Origin: Minisyncoccota bacterium
GTDB lineage: Bacteria; Patescibacteriota; Minisyncoccia; Phycocordibacterales; JABAAK01
DNA length: 64,000 nt
Assembly: GCA_965222235.1 (NCBI GenBank)
Contig: OZ244939.1
Coordinates: 557,942-621,941 of the forward strand
Reading direction: 5' to 3'
Shown: piece by piece, positions 61,745-64,000 of the stretch
Position numbering within the stretch: position 1 is the first letter of the stretch
Layout of the letters: the number at the start of each line of letters is the position of its first letter
The notes under the pieces: model-generated
Database searches by the model: none
The model's input: the letters and a program-made list of their open reading frames with translations, nothing else
Told to the model about the DNA's origin: nothing
Translations under genes and position numbers: made by a program

Positions 61745-62068
61745 CCGGACACTCATGTGCGGTGCGACGCTTTCATATATATAGTGTTGCGTTGCAGAAA
61801 TATGTATGATGTTTGCATACGACGAACGCGGGCGGACATATCGGCATATATGTTGTAACAATACACTTGCTTTTATTCGGCAAACAGGTAATAGTAAATA
61901 CAGATACAGAAAACCGCTGCTGAACACTCAATTAATAAATAACCTATTGTGCGGAGAAGAATTTTTTAATTAATCATGTGTCGTGCGTGATGTATGTATA
62001 CAGAAAAATTTTGCGCGCGCAGTACTCCATATATACATATGACTATAAGCAAAACTATAACAAACAAC

Positions 62069-64000
62069 ATGCGGTCATGCCTCGGCATGCTGCTCATCAC
62101 GGCGCTATGCCTCAATCCGTTGTTTATGCACACCGCGCTGGCGCAGCCGCAGGGTCCGGAACTGCTTGCGTCTGATATGTATACCACAAACGGCGGTGTC
62201 ACACACGACGGCACCACCTACATCACCGTCGGCGATGATGTTGTGCTGAAAATTGAAATATCGGATAAGGATCTCACGGAGCCGCCGACCGTAGTCATGG
62301 CGGGGGAGCGACAGACAATGAGTCTGACGGGCAAGGGCCTAAACGGCGGCAGGGAGTACAAAGCAGCAATGACCGTTACGGATACGACACCGGAAGGAGT
62401 GATATCGTATGATATCGGCGCGCTCACGTACCGCACCGGCGGCACAACCGACCCGCGGCCGAGAAGCGGTACGATTGTTGTGGACACGACACCTCCGACC
62501 ATCATCCTGCACGGGGCGAATCCGTATGTACTGCTTGAAGACGGCAGTAATCCGTACAAGGATCCCGGCGCGGTGACCGACATATGCGGGACGGATGACA
62601 ACGGTGAGACGGTCTGTGAACCGGCGGAAGTATTGCAGAACACGGTGTCAATGATTCAGGGCACCTATATCGTGACATACACCGCACGCGATATTGCGAA
62701 GAATACGAACACTGTAGAGAGAACTGTGGAGGTGATCAGACTCGACACGAAACCGACGGTGACCGTGTCCGGATCCGGCGGCTCAGTGCGCCCGGGCGAT
62801 GACATCACCCTCTCATTTGCCGTTCCCCAACCCCTTACTGAAACACCGACCGGAAGTATACGAGTGTTCGCGAACGAAGATACCGACGAAGCGGTGTTTG
62901 AGAGCGATTCGATCTCCATGACGCTGAGCGACGGAGTATATACCGCCGTCTGGACGGTGCCGGATGCCATACCGGAGACGAAACGGGCGTTTGTGCGGTA
63001 TGTGCTCAACGATTCCGACTTCATGACCGGCGGCATGTATGCTGAAGACGCGGCTGATGTTCAGGAAACAGGCGATGAGCGCGCGGATACCTCAGCAGCT
63101 ACCGAACACGCCGATGAGGCGGATCCGGCGGTATTCAGCGGCAGTATTGCTGATGCTGACGATACCGGCACTATCGGCGACGGGATTACCAGCAGAGAAG
63201 AACTTAACTACACCGGAAAAGCGTCACCCGGTGCAACGGTGACCGTGCAGTACAAGAAAACAACAGACGGACCGTGGGATGATGCCGACGGTCTCATCGC
63301 ATATGTTACCGAAGTATCTTCCGACGCAGCAGCAGACGGTTCGTTCACCGTTCGTTTTGAATCCCTGACGGACGGCGGGTATGAAGTTCGCGCCGTCATT
63401 GATACCGTCTCAGCCGAACCGGTTGCACTCACCGGCTTTACGGTGGACACCATTCCTCCCGTGCTCACACTTAACGGTGACGCAGAGATGATTCTCACCG
63501 CCGGTGAAACCTTCACTGATCCGGGCGCCGTCTCGGACGACGAAGAAGCGGTTAGTGTCGCAGGCGTGGTTGACACTGCGACCTCGGGAACTTACACCCT
63601 CACCTATCAAGCAACCGACACGGCAGGGAACACGGGAACGGCGGAAAGAACGGTTAAAATTATCGCACCTCAGCCCCAAGATGATATACCCGATCCGACA
63701 GCACCACAGGACATTATATTTGACAAACTCACAGCCGCCGCATCAAAGACAGCATCATCTCCACGACAAGTGGCACAACAAATTGGAAGCTTCATTACCG
63801 TTACCAACGCTGACTACACAATCCCCGAGCAGGAGAAATCCCTGACCGTCACCCTGTCTGAGACAACAGGCGTCACGAACACCCGGTGGGACATAGTTAA
63901 CAGCCAGAATGACTGTACCGCCGCGCAGACTCTGCGACGCACTTACACTCCCGACGTAGCCGGCGCCGATACGGTGACGATTGACACCGAAGACGCCAAC
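62069..64000 (+). CDS. Secreted surface protein with DUF5011-type Ig-like domains, 3'-partial (runs off window end)
   Basis: It has a signal peptide (MRSCLGMLLITALCLNPLFMHTALA) and repeated TPPTIxLxG...DPG..A.D...GTYT(I/L)TY.A.D.AGNT..ER.V modules. The frame, checked by hand, is open from 62069 to 64000. Confidence 0.55.
   Translation, partial: MRSCLGMLLITALCLNPLFMHTALAQPQGPELLASDMYTTNGGVTHDGTTYITVGDDVVLKIEISDKDLTEPPTVVMAGERQTMSLTGKGLNGGREYKAAMTVTDTTPEGVISYDIGALTYRTGGTTDPRPRSGTIVVDTTPPTIILHGANPYVLLEDGSNPYKDPGAVTDICGTDDNGETVCEPAEVLQNTVSMIQGTYIVTYTARDIAKNTNTVERTVEVIRLDTKPTVTVSGSGGSVRPGDDITLSFAVPQPLTETPTGSIRVFANEDTDEAVFESDSISMTLSDGVYTAVWTVPDAIPETKRAFVRYVLNDSDFMTGGMYAEDAADVQETGDERADTSAATEHADEADPAVFSGSIADADDTGTIGDGITSREELNYTGKASPGATVTVQYKKTTDGPWDDADGLIAYVTEVSSDAAADGSFTVRFESLTDGGYEVRAVIDTVSAEPVALTGFTVDTIPPVLTLNGDAEMILTAGETFTDPGAVSDDEEAVSVAGVVDTATSGTYTLTYQATDTAGNTGTAERTVKIIAPQPQDDIPDPTAPQDIIFDKLTAAASKTASSPRQVAQQIGSFITVTNADYTIPEQEKSLTVTLSETTGVTNTRWDIVNSQNDCTAAQTLRRTYTPDVAGADTVTIDTEDAN

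Overview
The backbone is a fairly high-GC bacterial chromosome, with a gene set that is possibly Patescibacteria/CPR-like or from another reduced Gram-positive-like lineage. Its housekeeping genes include gyrB, the rpsL-rpsG-fusA str operon, ligA, uppP, an ABC-F ATPase, an M50 protease and tRNA-Asp, tRNA-Arg x2 and tRNA-Thr. It carries a set of surface proteins: very large prepilin-type (type IV pilin-like) proteins with a prepilin peptidase, a 2012-aa Ig-repeat adhesin with a PG-binding domain, a WxL/DUF916-like cluster and DUF5011-like proteins. A mosaic of AT-rich accessory DNA is interleaved with this backbone. Four restriction-modification cassettes lie at about 5.8-9.0, 20.6-24.2, 45.5-46.8 and 47.5-49.5 kb. 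Two of them carry LexA/UmuD-type S24 autopeptidase domains fused to the enzymes: a PD-(D/E)xK nuclease-S24 fusion and an S24-MTase fusion. A dispersed repeat family of about 150-320 bp (the R-elements) has at least 9 copies. These copies occur as long inverted pairs, one pair a perfect 312-bp inverted repeat, around two RM cassettes and as single copies next to tRNA-Arg genes. The family carries a 19-bp core that overlaps the tRNA-Arg 3' end. A large serine recombinase gene lies beside this array, together with two truncated copies of it that abut R-elements or tRNA 3' ends. There are two IS families. An IS481-like element has two identical copies, each with a 7-bp TSD, and one copy is nested inside an IS30-like element. 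The IS30-like element also has an inverted, internally deleted second copy and a solo 62-bp end fragment. Coordinates of non-ORF features are approximate to a few nucleotides.
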